DNA of 45,508 nt. Source: Candidatus Nezhaarchaeales archaeon (GTDB taxonomy: Archaea; Thermoproteota; Methanomethylicia; Nezhaarchaeales; WYZ-LMO8). Positions within the stretch are counted from its first letter, which is position 1; each line of letters opens with the position of its first letter. Below the pieces are notes generated by a model, which made no database searches, had not been told where the DNA came from, and saw nothing but the letters and a program-made list of their open reading frames with translations. Location: assembly GCA_036786905.1 (NCBI GenBank), contig DAIQQE010000002.1, positions 1 to 45,508 of the forward strand, written 5' to 3'. The translations under genes were made by a program, and so were the position numbers. Shown here piece after piece: positions 34,280 to 42,490 of this stretch.

Positions 34280-34918
34280 CTACTTCACCGCTTCGAACCT
34301 TTCATCCGCCCCCCTCTTGGTTATCGCTAGGACGTCTATGCCGTCTCCGCTCAGCGCGTCCCTCTCTATCGCGGCCCTCACGGCTTTTATAGCCAAGCTC
34401 CTAGCCTCGTCTATGGTCATGTCCTTCCTATAGCCGGACTCCAATATGCCTATCGCTATCGTCGCACCGCTACCGAGAGCGGCGTAGTCGTCCTCTATGA
34501 GGGAGCCTATGGCGTCTAGCACGAAGAGGTGAGGGCCGACGTCGTCCACGCCGCCAACGAGGGTCTCGCTCATTAGGGGCATGTAGCGTTGACTGAAGAG
34601 TATGTTTGCCAAGAGCTTAGCGGCGGCTCTGACGGACATCCTCCTGTTCGTGTCGAGCTCGTACAGCTTGAGCTCTGCCCTCAAGCTCCTAGCTATCGCT
34701 TGCATGTCCCCTATGAGGCCTGCGCAGGCTATCCCCAAGTAGTCCGATATCTTGAAGACCTTCTTGGCGGACTTGCTCGTTACCGTGAAGCCGTAGCTGA
34801 CCCTCTTCTCGGAGGCGAGCACAACACCTTCCTCAACCCTCAATCCGACGGTGGTAGCACCCACTGCCCAGTAAGCGCTCATCTGCCCCCTGTGGGCAAC
34901 GCTATGCATGAGGCGCAC
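34280..34918 (-). CDS. psmB: Proteasome subunit beta (precursor)
   Basis: Propeptide followed by the catalytic TTVGL. GSGA motif. Alternative starts are GTG 34918, ATG 34909 and ATG 34882. Confidence 0.85.
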   Translation of the reverse strand: MRLMHSVAHRGQMSAYWAVGATTVGLRVEEGVVLASEKRVSYGFTVTSKSAKKVFKISDYLGIACAGLIGDMQAIARSLRAELKLYELDTNRRMSVRAAAKLLANILFSQRYMPLMSETLVGGVDDVGPHLFVLDAIGSLIEDDYAALGSGATIAIGILESGYRKDMTIDEARSLAIKAVRAAIERDALSGDGIDVLAITKRGADERFEAVK

Positions 34919-35013
34919 CTGCCACCTGTATTTAACTAGGCTTTCTTATATCTTTTGGAGTTGACGGCCGGTTAGTAGGAGCCGCTCACTCACCGAGGGG
35001 CTAGAGGGTCCTT

Positions 35014-36036
35014 ATGGCGCCAGAACAGCCGTTCCGCAAGGTTCCCGAAGTGCCGTCGTCAGAGGGCCTCATAGACGTGGCTTTTAGGAGGGCCTCGCGC
35101 GCGTCCGTCAAGATGCCCACCAAGAAGGACAGAACGCTGGTCGCCAAGTTGAAAGAGATCACAAGGGTGAGGACTGTCGCCTCCGTCATAGTTAGCAGGC
35201 TGAGAGAGATAAAGAGGGGCATACCGGTCGTAGAGTCCCTCAACCCGTTTTACAGGGACATGTTCTACTTGATGATAGACCCCGATAAGTTCAAGATTGC
35301 CATGGCTAGGGTATCGAAGGCCTCTCAGCTCGTAGAGAGGCTGTCCAAGGAGTATGTCAAGAGGATCAGGTCGTCCTCTGACGCCAAGGAGGCCTCTAAG
35401 GCTCGCAAAGAGTTCTATGGCAGAGTGGCCTCGATAATTAGAGGGCTTAGGTGCGACTTACAAGTCCTGTCCGAGGTCAAAAAGCTCAAGAGACTTCCTT
35501 CATTCGACTTCGATGTGCCTATAATAATCGTGAGCGGCGCTCCCAACGTCGGCAAGTCATCTTTCGTGAGATGCGTGTCCACCGCCGAACCAGAGATAGC
35601 CGAGTACCCGTTCACGACCAAGAGCGTGAGCGTGGGACACGTGATGGGCCCTCGAGGGGTCATAGCTCAAGTCGTAGACACTCCCGGCTTGCTCGACAGG
35701 CCCCTAGAGGAGAGGAATAAGATAGAGCTCCAAGCCATAATTGCCTTGAAGAACTTGGGAGGGGGGATGGTCTTCCTAATAGATCCTAGCGAGACTTGCG
35801 GCTACAGCCTCGACTACCAACTCAACGTCCTCAAGAGCGTTAAGGAGATGTTCGGGGAAAGGCCCATGGTCGTAGCGTTGACGAAGGTAGATATCGCGAG
35901 CGAAGAGCAAATTCAGAGGGCTCTCGACAGGCTCAGGGGTGAAAGGGTCTTTACATGTAACACTCTTAAGTGCGTCGGAGTGAGAGAAGTAGTCGACGAG
36001 CTATTGAGGGCGGTGAAGGGCTTTGATAGAAATTGA
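35014..36036 (+). CDS. NOG1-family GTPase
   Basis: NOG1-type N-terminal helical domain. G1 GAPNVGKSS, G3 DTPGLLDRP, G4 TKVD. Confidence 0.8.
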   Translation: MAPEQPFRKVPEVPSSEGLIDVAFRRASRASVKMPTKKDRTLVAKLKEITRVRTVASVIVSRLREIKRGIPVVESLNPFYRDMFYLMIDPDKFKIAMARVSKASQLVERLSKEYVKRIRSSSDAKEASKARKEFYGRVASIIRGLRCDLQVLSEVKKLKRLPSFDFDVPIIIVSGAPNVGKSSFVRCVSTAEPEIAEYPFTTKSVSVGHVMGPRGVIAQVVDTPGLLDRPLEERNKIELQAIIALKNLGGGMVFLIDPSETCGYSLDYQLNVLKSVKEMFGERPMVVALTKVDIASEEQIQRALDRLRGERVFTCNTLKCVGVREVVDELLRAVKGFDRN

Positions 36037-37096
36037 CGGCAGCATGTTAGAGGGAGGGGGACAAATACTCAGGATGACCGTGGCCTTGTCAGCCGTGACA
36101 GGAGTACCTGTTAGGATCTTCAACATAAGGGCCAAGAGGGAGAACCCAGGGCTTAGGGCCCAGCACATGACTGCTATAAGGGCTGTGGCGAGCCTAGTGG
36201 ACGCAGAGGTCAAGGGCCTCGCTCTAGGATCCATGGAGCTCACGTTCAGGCCTAAGACTATCAGGGGCGGCAGCTTCAGGTTCGACGTGGGGACGGCTGG
36301 CTCCACGACCTTGGTCCTCCAGAGCTTGTTGCCGGCAGCCGCATTCGCGCCTTCAAGAGTCAATGTTGAGATAGTGGGCGGAACTGACAACCCCCTAGCG
36401 CCTCCCGTGGATTACGTGATCAACGTCCTAAAACCAGTACTCGCGAGGATGTGGTACAAGTTTGAGCTAAACCTCTTGAGGAGGGGCTTCTACCCCAAAG
36501 GAGGGGGCATAGTCAGGACGTCGACCACGCCCGTCCCCAAGCTAATGCCTATAAGGCTAGAGGTACAAGGCGAAGTGAGAGTAGTTAAGGGCATATCCTA
36601 TAGCTCGAGGCTCCCGGACCACATAGCCAAGAGGATGGCGGACAGCGCCTCTAAGCTCTTGAGGAAGTCTGGGCTCGAGGCGGAGATAGAGGTCGAGGTG
36701 CTACAGCCCGGACACCCCAAGTGCGCCCTGAACCCCGGTTGTGGCATAGTGCTTTGGGCCGAGACGACGAGCGGGGCCGTCTTGGGCTCAGACAGCTTGG
36801 GCGAGGTTGGAAAGCCAGCAGAGAAGGTCGGCGAGGAGGCCGCTAAGAAGCTACTGGATGAGATTGAGGGCGGGGCCACCGTCGATAGACATTTAGCGGA
36901 TCAGCTCATAGTCTACATGGCACTAGCCGACGGCGAGTCCGTAGTCAAAGTGAGCGAGCTCACCATGCACGCGCTGACGTGCATCGAGCTCAGTAAAAAG
37001 CTCTTGCCGCAAGCGTCCTTCGAAGTCACGGGAGAAAGGCCTAAGACCGTCCTGTGCAGAGGGGTGGGGCTTAAGAACAAGTTCATGAGGGGCTAG
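36023..37096 (+). CDS. rtcA: RNA 3'-terminal phosphate cyclase
   Basis: IEIDGSMLEGGGQILRMTVALSAVTGVPVRIFNIRAKRENPGL. The Rtc histidine region follows. TTG start overlaps the GTPase gene by 14 nt. Confidence 0.9.
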   Translation: MIEIDGSMLEGGGQILRMTVALSAVTGVPVRIFNIRAKRENPGLRAQHMTAIRAVASLVDAEVKGLALGSMELTFRPKTIRGGSFRFDVGTAGSTTLVLQSLLPAAAFAPSRVNVEIVGGTDNPLAPPVDYVINVLKPVLARMWYKFELNLLRRGFYPKGGGIVRTSTTPVPKLMPIRLEVQGEVRVVKGISYSSRLPDHIAKRMADSASKLLRKSGLEAEIEVEVLQPGHPKCALNPGCGIVLWAETTSGAVLGSDSLGEVGKPAEKVGEEAAKKLLDEIEGGATVDRHLADQLIVYMALADGESVVKVSELTMHALTCIELSKKLLPQASFEVTGERPKTVLCRGVGLKNKFMRG

Positions 37097-38004
37097 TCAG
37101 GCGGGAGTATCCTGTCAAGGAGCCATTGAGCGTCGAAGGGCTTTAGATCCTCGTACCCCTGACCCGTGCCGAAGTACGCTATCGGCTTTCGCGTGGCAAT
37201 GGCTATGGACACGGCAGCCCCTCCCTTGACGTCGGCGTCGACCTTAGTCAGTATCGCGGCATCGATGCCCACGGCTTCGTTGAACTTTACGGCCATGTCG
37301 TAGGCGTCGTTGCCCGTAAGAGCGTCCACCACCAACACCTTAAAGGCCGGCTTTGCGACGCGCGCTATCTTCCTCAGCTCGTCCATGAGGCCTTTGTCGG
37401 TCTGGAGACGGCCTGCCGTGTCTATCAAGACGCAGGCTAAGCCCTTTGAAGAGGCGTGGGACACCGCGTCGTAGGCGACGGCAGCTGGGTCGGCGCCGTA
37501 CCTGTGCTTCACCAACTTTACGCCCAATCTCGAAGCGTGAACCTCGAGTTGCTCCTCAGCGCCAGCCCTAAAGGTGTCGCTACAGGCCAATACCACTGAA
37601 AGGCCGTTCTTCAGTAGCAAATTGGCGACCTTCGCAACCGTGAGGGTCTTGCCATGCCCATTAGGCCCCACGAACATTATCGTAAAGACCTTGCCCTCTT
37701 GCCTCCACCTCTTAGCCTCAGCCACAAAGTCTATCCGGGGCAACGACGTCAACATCTTGTACAGCGTTTCTCGGAGGCTTCTCAAGACCACTTGGTATAC
37801 GCTCTCGGTCCTCCCTATCCTAGCGCCCTTGAGGGGGGCGACGACGTTGTCGACTATCTCGAGGGCCGCCGGGAGGGCTACATCGCTTTCCACTAGGGCC
37901 AAACGGAGCTTTTCGGCGACGTCGGAGAGGCTCTCCTCATCGAGCTCCTTAGTGGTTATTTCTTGAAAAAGGGACTTCAGCTTGTTCTTCAAGAACCCCA
38001 GCAA
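37093..38004 (-). CDS. ftsY: Signal recognition particle receptor FtsY
   Basis: NG domain. GPNGHGKT, DTAGRLQTD, TKVD motifs. TTG start with GGAGG 11 nt upstream. Its stop overlaps the rtcA stop within CTAG. Confidence 0.9.
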   Translation of the reverse strand: MLGFLKNKLKSLFQEITTKELDEESLSDVAEKLRLALVESDVALPAALEIVDNVVAPLKGARIGRTESVYQVVLRSLRETLYKMLTSLPRIDFVAEAKRWRQEGKVFTIMFVGPNGHGKTLTVAKVANLLLKNGLSVVLACSDTFRAGAEEQLEVHASRLGVKLVKHRYGADPAAVAYDAVSHASSKGLACVLIDTAGRLQTDKGLMDELRKIARVAKPAFKVLVVDALTGNDAYDMAVKFNEAVGIDAAILTKVDADVKGGAAVSIAIATRKPIAYFGTGQGYEDLKPFDAQWLLDRILPPD

Positions 38005-38011
38005 GCGTTTT

Positions 38012-38428
38012 TTAACCTCCAGCCTGGCCCTCGGCTATCTTCCTCAGCTCTGGCTCGAGCTTCGAGAGCCTCGCCGTAACGCTGGCGAGTTGTTGCTGAG
38101 TCTCGGCTACAAGCCTTTTGAGGGCGTCTATTCTGCTCTCAAAGAACTTCTTCGCCTCATCCAAGCTCTTCTCGACCAAGACGTTCGCCCCGACGTTTAC
38201 GAGTATCTTCTTCGTGTCAGTGATCTTACCCCTTGCGTAAGCGTTGGCTCCCAACATGAACAGCGCCTCGACCTCCTCCGTTACCTTGCTGAGCTCGTCT
38301 ATGGCCTGTATGGTACCCTCCATCTCGTTTATGGCCGCGAGCGCCAAGTCGATTCTCTGCCTTAGGGCCTCGGCCAAGCTTTGAAGGTATTGCCACTCGG
38401 CGACGAGCCTGTTTACGTCTTGGGGCAT
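38012..38428 (-). CDS. pfdA: Prefoldin subunit alpha
   Basis: Coiled coil, beta-hairpin core (ILVNVGANVLVEKS), coiled coil. ATG 38428 preferred over TTG 38452. Conserved LX-pfdA-ftsY order. Confidence 0.8.
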   Translation of the reverse strand: MPQDVNRLVAEWQYLQSLAEALRQRIDLALAAINEMEGTIQAIDELSKVTEEVEALFMLGANAYARGKITDTKKILVNVGANVLVEKSLDEAKKFFESRIDALKRLVAETQQQLASVTARLSKLEPELRKIAEGQAGG

Positions 38429-38438
38429 GGGCTTGGCG

Positions 38439-38639
38439 CTACTCTGCCCCAACTTCGACCAACTCCCTCACTTCTTCAATCTTTATGTCAAACCTCTTAA
38501 GCTTATGCCTACTGCCCAAAAGCGAGAGCACCTTTTCGATCGCGTGGTCGGGCTTTAGCGCTCTCACGGTCATCGAGAACTTGTTCCACTTGTTCTTCAT
38601 TTTCATCCTACCGCTTATCTCGTATGTCTTGACGCTCAT
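38439..38639 (-). CDS. rplX: 50S ribosomal protein LX (eL20 family)
   Basis: 66 aa. MSVKTYEISGRMKMKNKWNKFSMTVRALKPDHAIEKV. Conserved position between aIF6 and pfdA. Confidence 0.8.
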   Translation of the reverse strand: MSVKTYEISGRMKMKNKWNKFSMTVRALKPDHAIEKVLSLLGSRHKLKRFDIKIEEVRELVEVGAE

Positions 38640-38651
38640 GGGCCTAACCCC

Positions 38652-39317
38652 CTAGAGGAACAACACTTGCTCTATCCTAGCGAGCTCCGGGCCTGTAGTG
38701 GTGGGTGCTACTATCGCGCCTTTTGAATTTAAAACCATCGCCACCCTCAGCAAGTGCGAGCCCATCATGACCGTCCCGACGTCGACCCTGACCTTCAAGA
38801 CCTCTGAAACCCACTTCGCCTCCTCCTCAGAGGTCATGGGATGCAAGAGGGCTCCTTTATTGTTGGCTACTGCCACAGAGCCCACGACCTTTATCCCCCC
38901 TAAGCTGCCTTTTACGACCTCGACGTCGAGGACGTCTTCTATGAGCTTTATCTCGCTTTTAGTGAAGTCCTCGTGAACTATCGCCGCCTTATCATTTGCC
39001 AGAACCATGTTCCCGAGCGCGGTCTTGGCCGATTGCATGGCAACGACCTCGACGCCCAGCTCCTTCTTCAGGAGCTCGAGCTCTTCGGGGAGTGTTATAA
39101 AGGGAAGCAGCAGGCCGCGAGAATTCCCTACGGCGAGTATTCCTATCAACGGTGAGGCCCCGACGCTCACTCGATAAACAGGCACGCCTAGGCTTTCTTC
39201 CACGATCCTTTGGAACTTTCCCCCTGCATCCCTAGGGATCAGAGCATACTTGTCCGTAGCTAATGAAAAGGCCCCCACGTAATAGCTTCCATATATCGTC
39301 GCAAGCTCTATGGGCAA
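38652..39317 (-). CDS. eif6: Translation initiation factor 6 (aIF6)
   Basis: 221 aa. Pentein repeat pattern (GSYYVGAFSLATDKYALIP, IGILAVGNSRGLLLP, LGNMVLANDKAAIVH...). TTG start. Confidence 0.9.
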   Translation of the reverse strand: MPIELATIYGSYYVGAFSLATDKYALIPRDAGGKFQRIVEESLGVPVYRVSVGASPLIGILAVGNSRGLLLPFITLPEELELLKKELGVEVVAMQSAKTALGNMVLANDKAAIVHEDFTKSEIKLIEDVLDVEVVKGSLGGIKVVGSVAVANNKGALLHPMTSEEEAKWVSEVLKVRVDVGTVMMGSHLLRVAMVLNSKGAIVAPTTTGPELARIEQVLFL

Positions 39318-39330
39318 TTCTCTAGCTCCC

Positions 39331-39600
39331 TCACGCGAGCTCTACTCTCACGAGGCCGTCTCTATACTTTACCGCCTTGACCTTGACCTTTCGGGGCGGC
39401 TTCTTCGCCCCTCTACTCCATATGTACTCAGAGACCTTCGGATCTATCTTTACCTCCTCGGCCTTCATGTGCTTAGCTATGAAGGCTCTCACGAACCTTA
39501 TGGCACGTGCGGCCCTCCTCCACCTAGGCACTCCCAAAACGACATGCAACGGTATCGTGTATTGTCTCTCGAGCTCCACCTCAGGCCCCTTCTCAGACAA
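39331..39600 (-). CDS. rpl31e: 50S ribosomal protein eL31
   Basis: ERQYTIPL....RRAARAIRFVRAFIAKHMK...IDPKVSEYIWSRG. TTG start. Confidence 0.9.
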   Translation of the reverse strand: MSEKGPEVELERQYTIPLHVVLGVPRWRRAARAIRFVRAFIAKHMKAEEVKIDPKVSEYIWSRGAKKPPRKVKVKAVKYRDGLVRVELA

Positions 39601-39611
39601 GGCCTAGCCCC

Positions 39612-39767
39612 CTATGCCTTCAGCTTGACCCTCCTCCAGTACCTGAGCTTCGGGTGTGACCTAAACTCCCTATTGGTCTTGGCTATGACCCAAACCGGGA
39701 CGGCTCTGTTCTGCTTGCAGGCCTTCGCTAGCCTCCTCTTCTTCGCCGCGTGCTTGTTCCTAGCCAC
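39612..39767 (-). CDS. rpl39e: 50S ribosomal protein eL39
   Basis: Not in the ORF track (51 aa). GTG start. (M)[50 protein letters not shown] translated by hand from the - strand. Confidence 0.85.
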   Translation of the reverse strand: MARNKHAAKKRRLAKACKQNRAVPVWVIAKTNREFRSHPKLRYWRRVKLKA

Positions 39768-39768
39768 G

Positions 39769-40107
39769 TCAGACCCTCCTTATCCTGATCTCCCTGCGGG
39801 GAGGTTGGAGGGACTCGAGTATCCTCTTCAACTGCTCATCGGTTATCGGGATCGGAACCCTGCCCGCTTGGGCCAGCTGAATTAATTGAGCCTCGAGCTG
39901 CTCCGCGAACTCCGGCCTGACCATCTTTATGTTTGTGAGCCTCATCCTGGCCTCGGGCGTCAGGATGGCCCTCAAGAGCGCTTGCTTCTTCGCTTCGTAC
40001 TCCTTCCTGAGCCTCTCCTGCTCTTCTGCGGCTGCCATCTTCCTCTGTAGCTCAGCGAGCTTCCTCTGCCTGATCTCCTCGAGCTCCTTGTCGGGCATCT
40101 CGGCCAC
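39769..40107 (-). CDS. PDCD5-like double-stranded DNA-binding protein
   Basis: 112 aa. [14 protein letters not shown]..., [25 protein letters not shown]. Conserved neighbour of rps19e and rpl39e. Confidence 0.8.
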   Translation of the reverse strand: MAEMPDKELEEIRQRKLAELQRKMAAAEEQERLRKEYEAKKQALLRAILTPEARMRLTNIKMVRPEFAEQLEAQLIQLAQAGRVPIPITDEQLKRILESLQPPRREIRIRRV

Positions 40108-40118
40108 AGGAGATCACC

Positions 40119-40583
40119 CTAAGCATACTTCGCAAGTTCTGGCATATTTCTCTGGAGCTCTCTAAAGAGCTTGTGGGCAAGCCTATCGAGGAGGGACTTG
40201 CCTTGAGGGGTTAGGACGCGGCCTTCATTGCCAGCTTTCTCCACGAGCCCCGCTCGCTCAAGTTGTTGGACTATTTTCCTTATTATGGCCCCTCCGGCCT
40301 TCCTGAAGTGCTCTCGTCCCCTGACGCCCGGCCTCTGCCTACATCCAAATGCCGTCCTCAAGCTACCTACGCCCACGGGGCCGCAGAGGTAAATCTTCCT
40401 GAGTATTGCCGCCGCCCTGACGTACCACCAATCCTTTCGAGCGGGCGGCCTCTCCCTCCCGGGCCCTGTTTTGACTATCATCGCCCAAGGAGGGGGCTTT
40501 ATGATGTCAGAGAAGTTATCCCTAAGGTACGTTGCCAGCTCCTCTATCAGTAGGGCTGGAGGGACCTTCAAGACCTCTGACAT
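40119..40583 (-). CDS. rps19e: 30S ribosomal protein eS19
   Basis: 154 aa. PPWAMIVKTGPGRERPP...WWYVRAAAILRKIYL..PVGV..LR..YG. Confidence 0.9.
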   Translation of the reverse strand: MSEVLKVPPALLIEELATYLRDNFSDIIKPPPWAMIVKTGPGRERPPARKDWWYVRAAAILRKIYLCGPVGVGSLRTAFGCRQRPGVRGREHFRKAGGAIIRKIVQQLERAGLVEKAGNEGRVLTPQGKSLLDRLAHKLFRELQRNMPELAKYA

Positions 40584-40634
40584 GCTCTTTCACTCTGCGT
40601 TTCTTTTGAGCATAGAGGAATCGCGGGTCTCTTA

Positions 40635-40922
40635 TTAAACTGTTCTCTTCCTTCGCTTCCTGTAGAGCACGACTGTGTACCCCCTCACCTCTATCGCATC
40701 CGCGCCTAGCTTTTGCGCCAAGACCTCGGCGAACCTCTTCCTGTCGTCTATCCCCTCGACTGCCAAGGCCGTCTTCAGAATCCTGACCTTAACTATCCCG
40801 TCACTATTAAGGCGCCTATCTATCTCCTTCAAGACCGACTCCGTTAGGCCTTGCTTACCCACGTTCACGTCTGCCCTCTTCAACATCTTCTCCTTAAGCC
40901 TCTCCTTGACGCTACGCTTCAC
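40635..40922 (-). CDS. YhbY/CRM-domain RNA-binding protein
   Basis: 95 aa. NVGKQGLTESVLKEIDRRL..DGIVKVRIL...IEVRGYTVVLYR pattern of the CRS1/YhbY fold. GTG start. Confidence 0.75.
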   Translation of the reverse strand: MKRSVKERLKEKMLKRADVNVGKQGLTESVLKEIDRRLNSDGIVKVRILKTALAVEGIDDRKRFAEVLAQKLGADAIEVRGYTVVLYRKRRKRTV

Positions 40923-41244
40923 GCCTCAACCCCCTCAAGTTAAATCTCATGACGTTGCCGCACTCGAGGCACGTGATAGCAATGTGGGGCTCCCTCCTCT
41001 TCGCCATCCTCACCCTGCAGTTGACGCCCGGCACGAGGAACTTGTAGCAATGGTGACAGAACCTCCTTCTCAAATCCCTCGGTATCCTGACCCTACACCT
41101 CATGGCTATCCTTCTAGCCAGCTCAACGTACCTATTCGACAGTCCTCGATCGACGTGAAACATTTGGTCGGCCATCTCAAAGAGCCTCCTTATCCTCTCG
41201 ATCGCGATGGACTTGATCTCAGCCTTCTGCCTTTTACAGGGCAT
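40912..41244 (-). CDS. rnp4: RNase P protein component 4 (Rpp21/Rnp4)
   Basis: ATG 41244 within ORF 40912..41472. IAIERIRRLFEMAD...YVELARRIAMRCRVRIP..LRRRFCHHC...CRVR....ITCLECG zinc ribbon. TATA-like CTTAATATCC (- strand, 41268-41277). Confidence 0.8.
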   Translation of the reverse strand: MPCKRQKAEIKSIAIERIRRLFEMADQMFHVDRGLSNRYVELARRIAMRCRVRIPRDLRRRFCHHCYKFLVPGVNCRVRMAKRREPHIAITCLECGNVMRFNLRGLRREA

Positions 41245-41332
41245 CGGGGTCTGCAGAATAGGTATCGAGGAGGATATTAAGGACGCCGGGCTTAAATCAC
41301 TTTTAAGCGATCCCGAGGCGTTGGTGGACATC

Positions 41333-42049
41333 GTGAGGCCTGGGCCCCGCATCGCCATAGCCTTAGTAGAGGCCTCGCTCGAACTCGTGCCACCAGAGAT
41401 AGCCAAGCACCCCGCAGTCAAGAAGACTGCGAAGAAGAGGGGGAAGAGGCCTCTCGCGATGTTGCTCGACAAGTCCCTCCACTATCATGCGATGAAGGGA
41501 TTGCCAAGCCAGGAGAAGAGGGGTAGGCCCGATATAGTGCACTTCTGCATGCTCGAGGTCTTGGAGTCTCCCCTCTGCAATAAGGGCTACGTGCAACTGT
41601 ACGTGCACGCGTTTGGAGGGCAAGTGATCAGAGCGAGGAGCGACGTCAGGTTGCCGAAGAACTACAACAGGTTCGTCGGCTTGATGGAGCAGTTGTTGGC
41701 CTTCGGCAGAGTCCCAACAGAAGGCGAGGCATTGCTCGAGGTCATAGGGATGGGGGTGGACAAAGCGATAGAGGACTTCAAGCCCTCGAAGAGAATCCTG
41801 CTGTCGGAGAGGGGGATTAGGACGAGCCCCCTAGACCTCGCCAGCAAGATCCTTGAGAGGGGCGAGAAGGTCATGATCATGATAGGCGCTTTCCCCCATG
41901 GGGGCTTCAGCGATGAGGTGCTCAGCTCGGCCGACGAGGTAGTGTCCATTTACGACGAGGTCCTAGAGGGTTTCGTAGCGACGTCGATAATCTTGAGGGC
42001 CTTAGAGTTTAAGCTAGGCCTATACGACATCGATGGAAGAAACGTTTAA
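41333..42049 (+). CDS. nep1: rRNA small-subunit pseudouridine N1-methyltransferase Nep1/Emg1
   Basis: RIAIALVEASLELVPPEIAKHP, RGRPDIVHFCMLEVLESPL, RLPKNYNRFVGLMEQLL, GAFPHGGF. Start is among TTG 41321, GTG 41324 and GTG 41333. TATA-like CTTTTAAGC at 41300-41308 favours the later ones. Confidence 0.8.
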   Translation: MRPGPRIAIALVEASLELVPPEIAKHPAVKKTAKKRGKRPLAMLLDKSLHYHAMKGLPSQEKRGRPDIVHFCMLEVLESPLCNKGYVQLYVHAFGGQVIRARSDVRLPKNYNRFVGLMEQLLAFGRVPTEGEALLEVIGMGVDKAIEDFKPSKRILLSERGIRTSPLDLASKILERGEKVMIMIGAFPHGGFSDEVLSSADEVVSIYDEVLEGFVATSIILRALEFKLGLYDIDGRNV

Positions 42050-42081
42050 GTGCGAAGTCGCTTGACGGTAGTTGGGTACGG

Positions 42082-42186
42082 GGCCGAGGTGGCGTAGACT
42101 GGCTAACGCGCCGGCCTGTACCACTGGGCTCGTGGCCGGTGGGGGTAGGGAGCCGGAGATCGCGGGTTCAAGTCCCGCCCTCGGCC
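42082..42186 (+). tRNA. tRNA-His(GTG) with encoded G-1 and a 29-nt intron (42120..42148) at non-canonical position 35/36
   Basis: Acceptor GCCGAGG/CCTCGGC with G at -1 and C73. U8. D-stem GCGT/ACGC. Anticodon stem CCGGC/GCCGG. T-arm GCGGG-TTCAAGT-CCCGC. The intron helix CCACTGG/CCGGTGG (7 bp), with H GCCT/GGGT and bulges GTA/AGG, places the cuts at 42119|42120 and 42148|42149, giving loop CTGT|GGA. Confidence 0.7.
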
Positions 42187-42197
42187 TCCAAAACCAT

Positions 42198-42271
42198 GGG
42201 CCGGTAGATCAGCCTGGTGGATCGCCCGCTTTGCAAGCGGGAGGTCGCGGGTTCAAGTCCCGCCCGGTCCA
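42198..42271 (+). tRNA. tRNA-Ala(TGC), no intron
   Basis: Acceptor GGGCCGG/CCGGTCC with the G3:U70 identity pair, A73. D-stem GATC/GATC. Anticodon stem CCCGC/GCGGG, loop TTTGCAA. T-arm GCGGG-TTCAAGT-CCCGC. Lies 11 nt after tRNA-His. Confidence 0.9.
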
Positions 42272-42490
42272 CTAAAACTTGGGCGGAGCCCCTCTACGGA
42301 GACCTGTTCTGCAGGTTTCTATCTCAATCCACCTTCTAGGACAGGGCTCTCGACTGAAAGGGCCACGAGAGGTGGGGACGGGCTTCCTTCTGGTTTCTGG
42401 ACCTCTTAGACCAGCCCTCCCAAGCAACGAGGGGGTCGGAAGAAGTATCATATCGTAGGGCTTTTTCCTTACTCTAGGAGAGACCGCCAT

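Noticed and set aside
37093-37096. Convergent rtcA and ftsY stop codons share the palindrome CTAG; similar small overlaps at 31698-31706, 36023-36036 and 40912-40922
   Set aside because: Ordinary gene compaction in a streamlined archaeal genome, not a distinct feature.
39310-39885. 191-aa ORF on the + strand
   Set aside because: Antisense to rpl31e, rpl39e and the PDCD5-like gene, all of which have strong family signatures.
40675-41280. 201-aa ORF on the + strand
   Set aside because: Antisense to the YhbY-like and Rpp21 genes; Ser/Pro/Leu-rich with no motif.
42083-42186. Reading of this tRNA as tRNA-Tyr(GTA) or tRNA-Pro(GGG)
   Set aside because: The Tyr reading needs C37 or cuts unsupported by the BHB, and conflicts with G1:C72/C73. 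The Pro reading has no BHB support (G-G clash in the central helix). The His(GTG) reading fits the helices and the identity elements.
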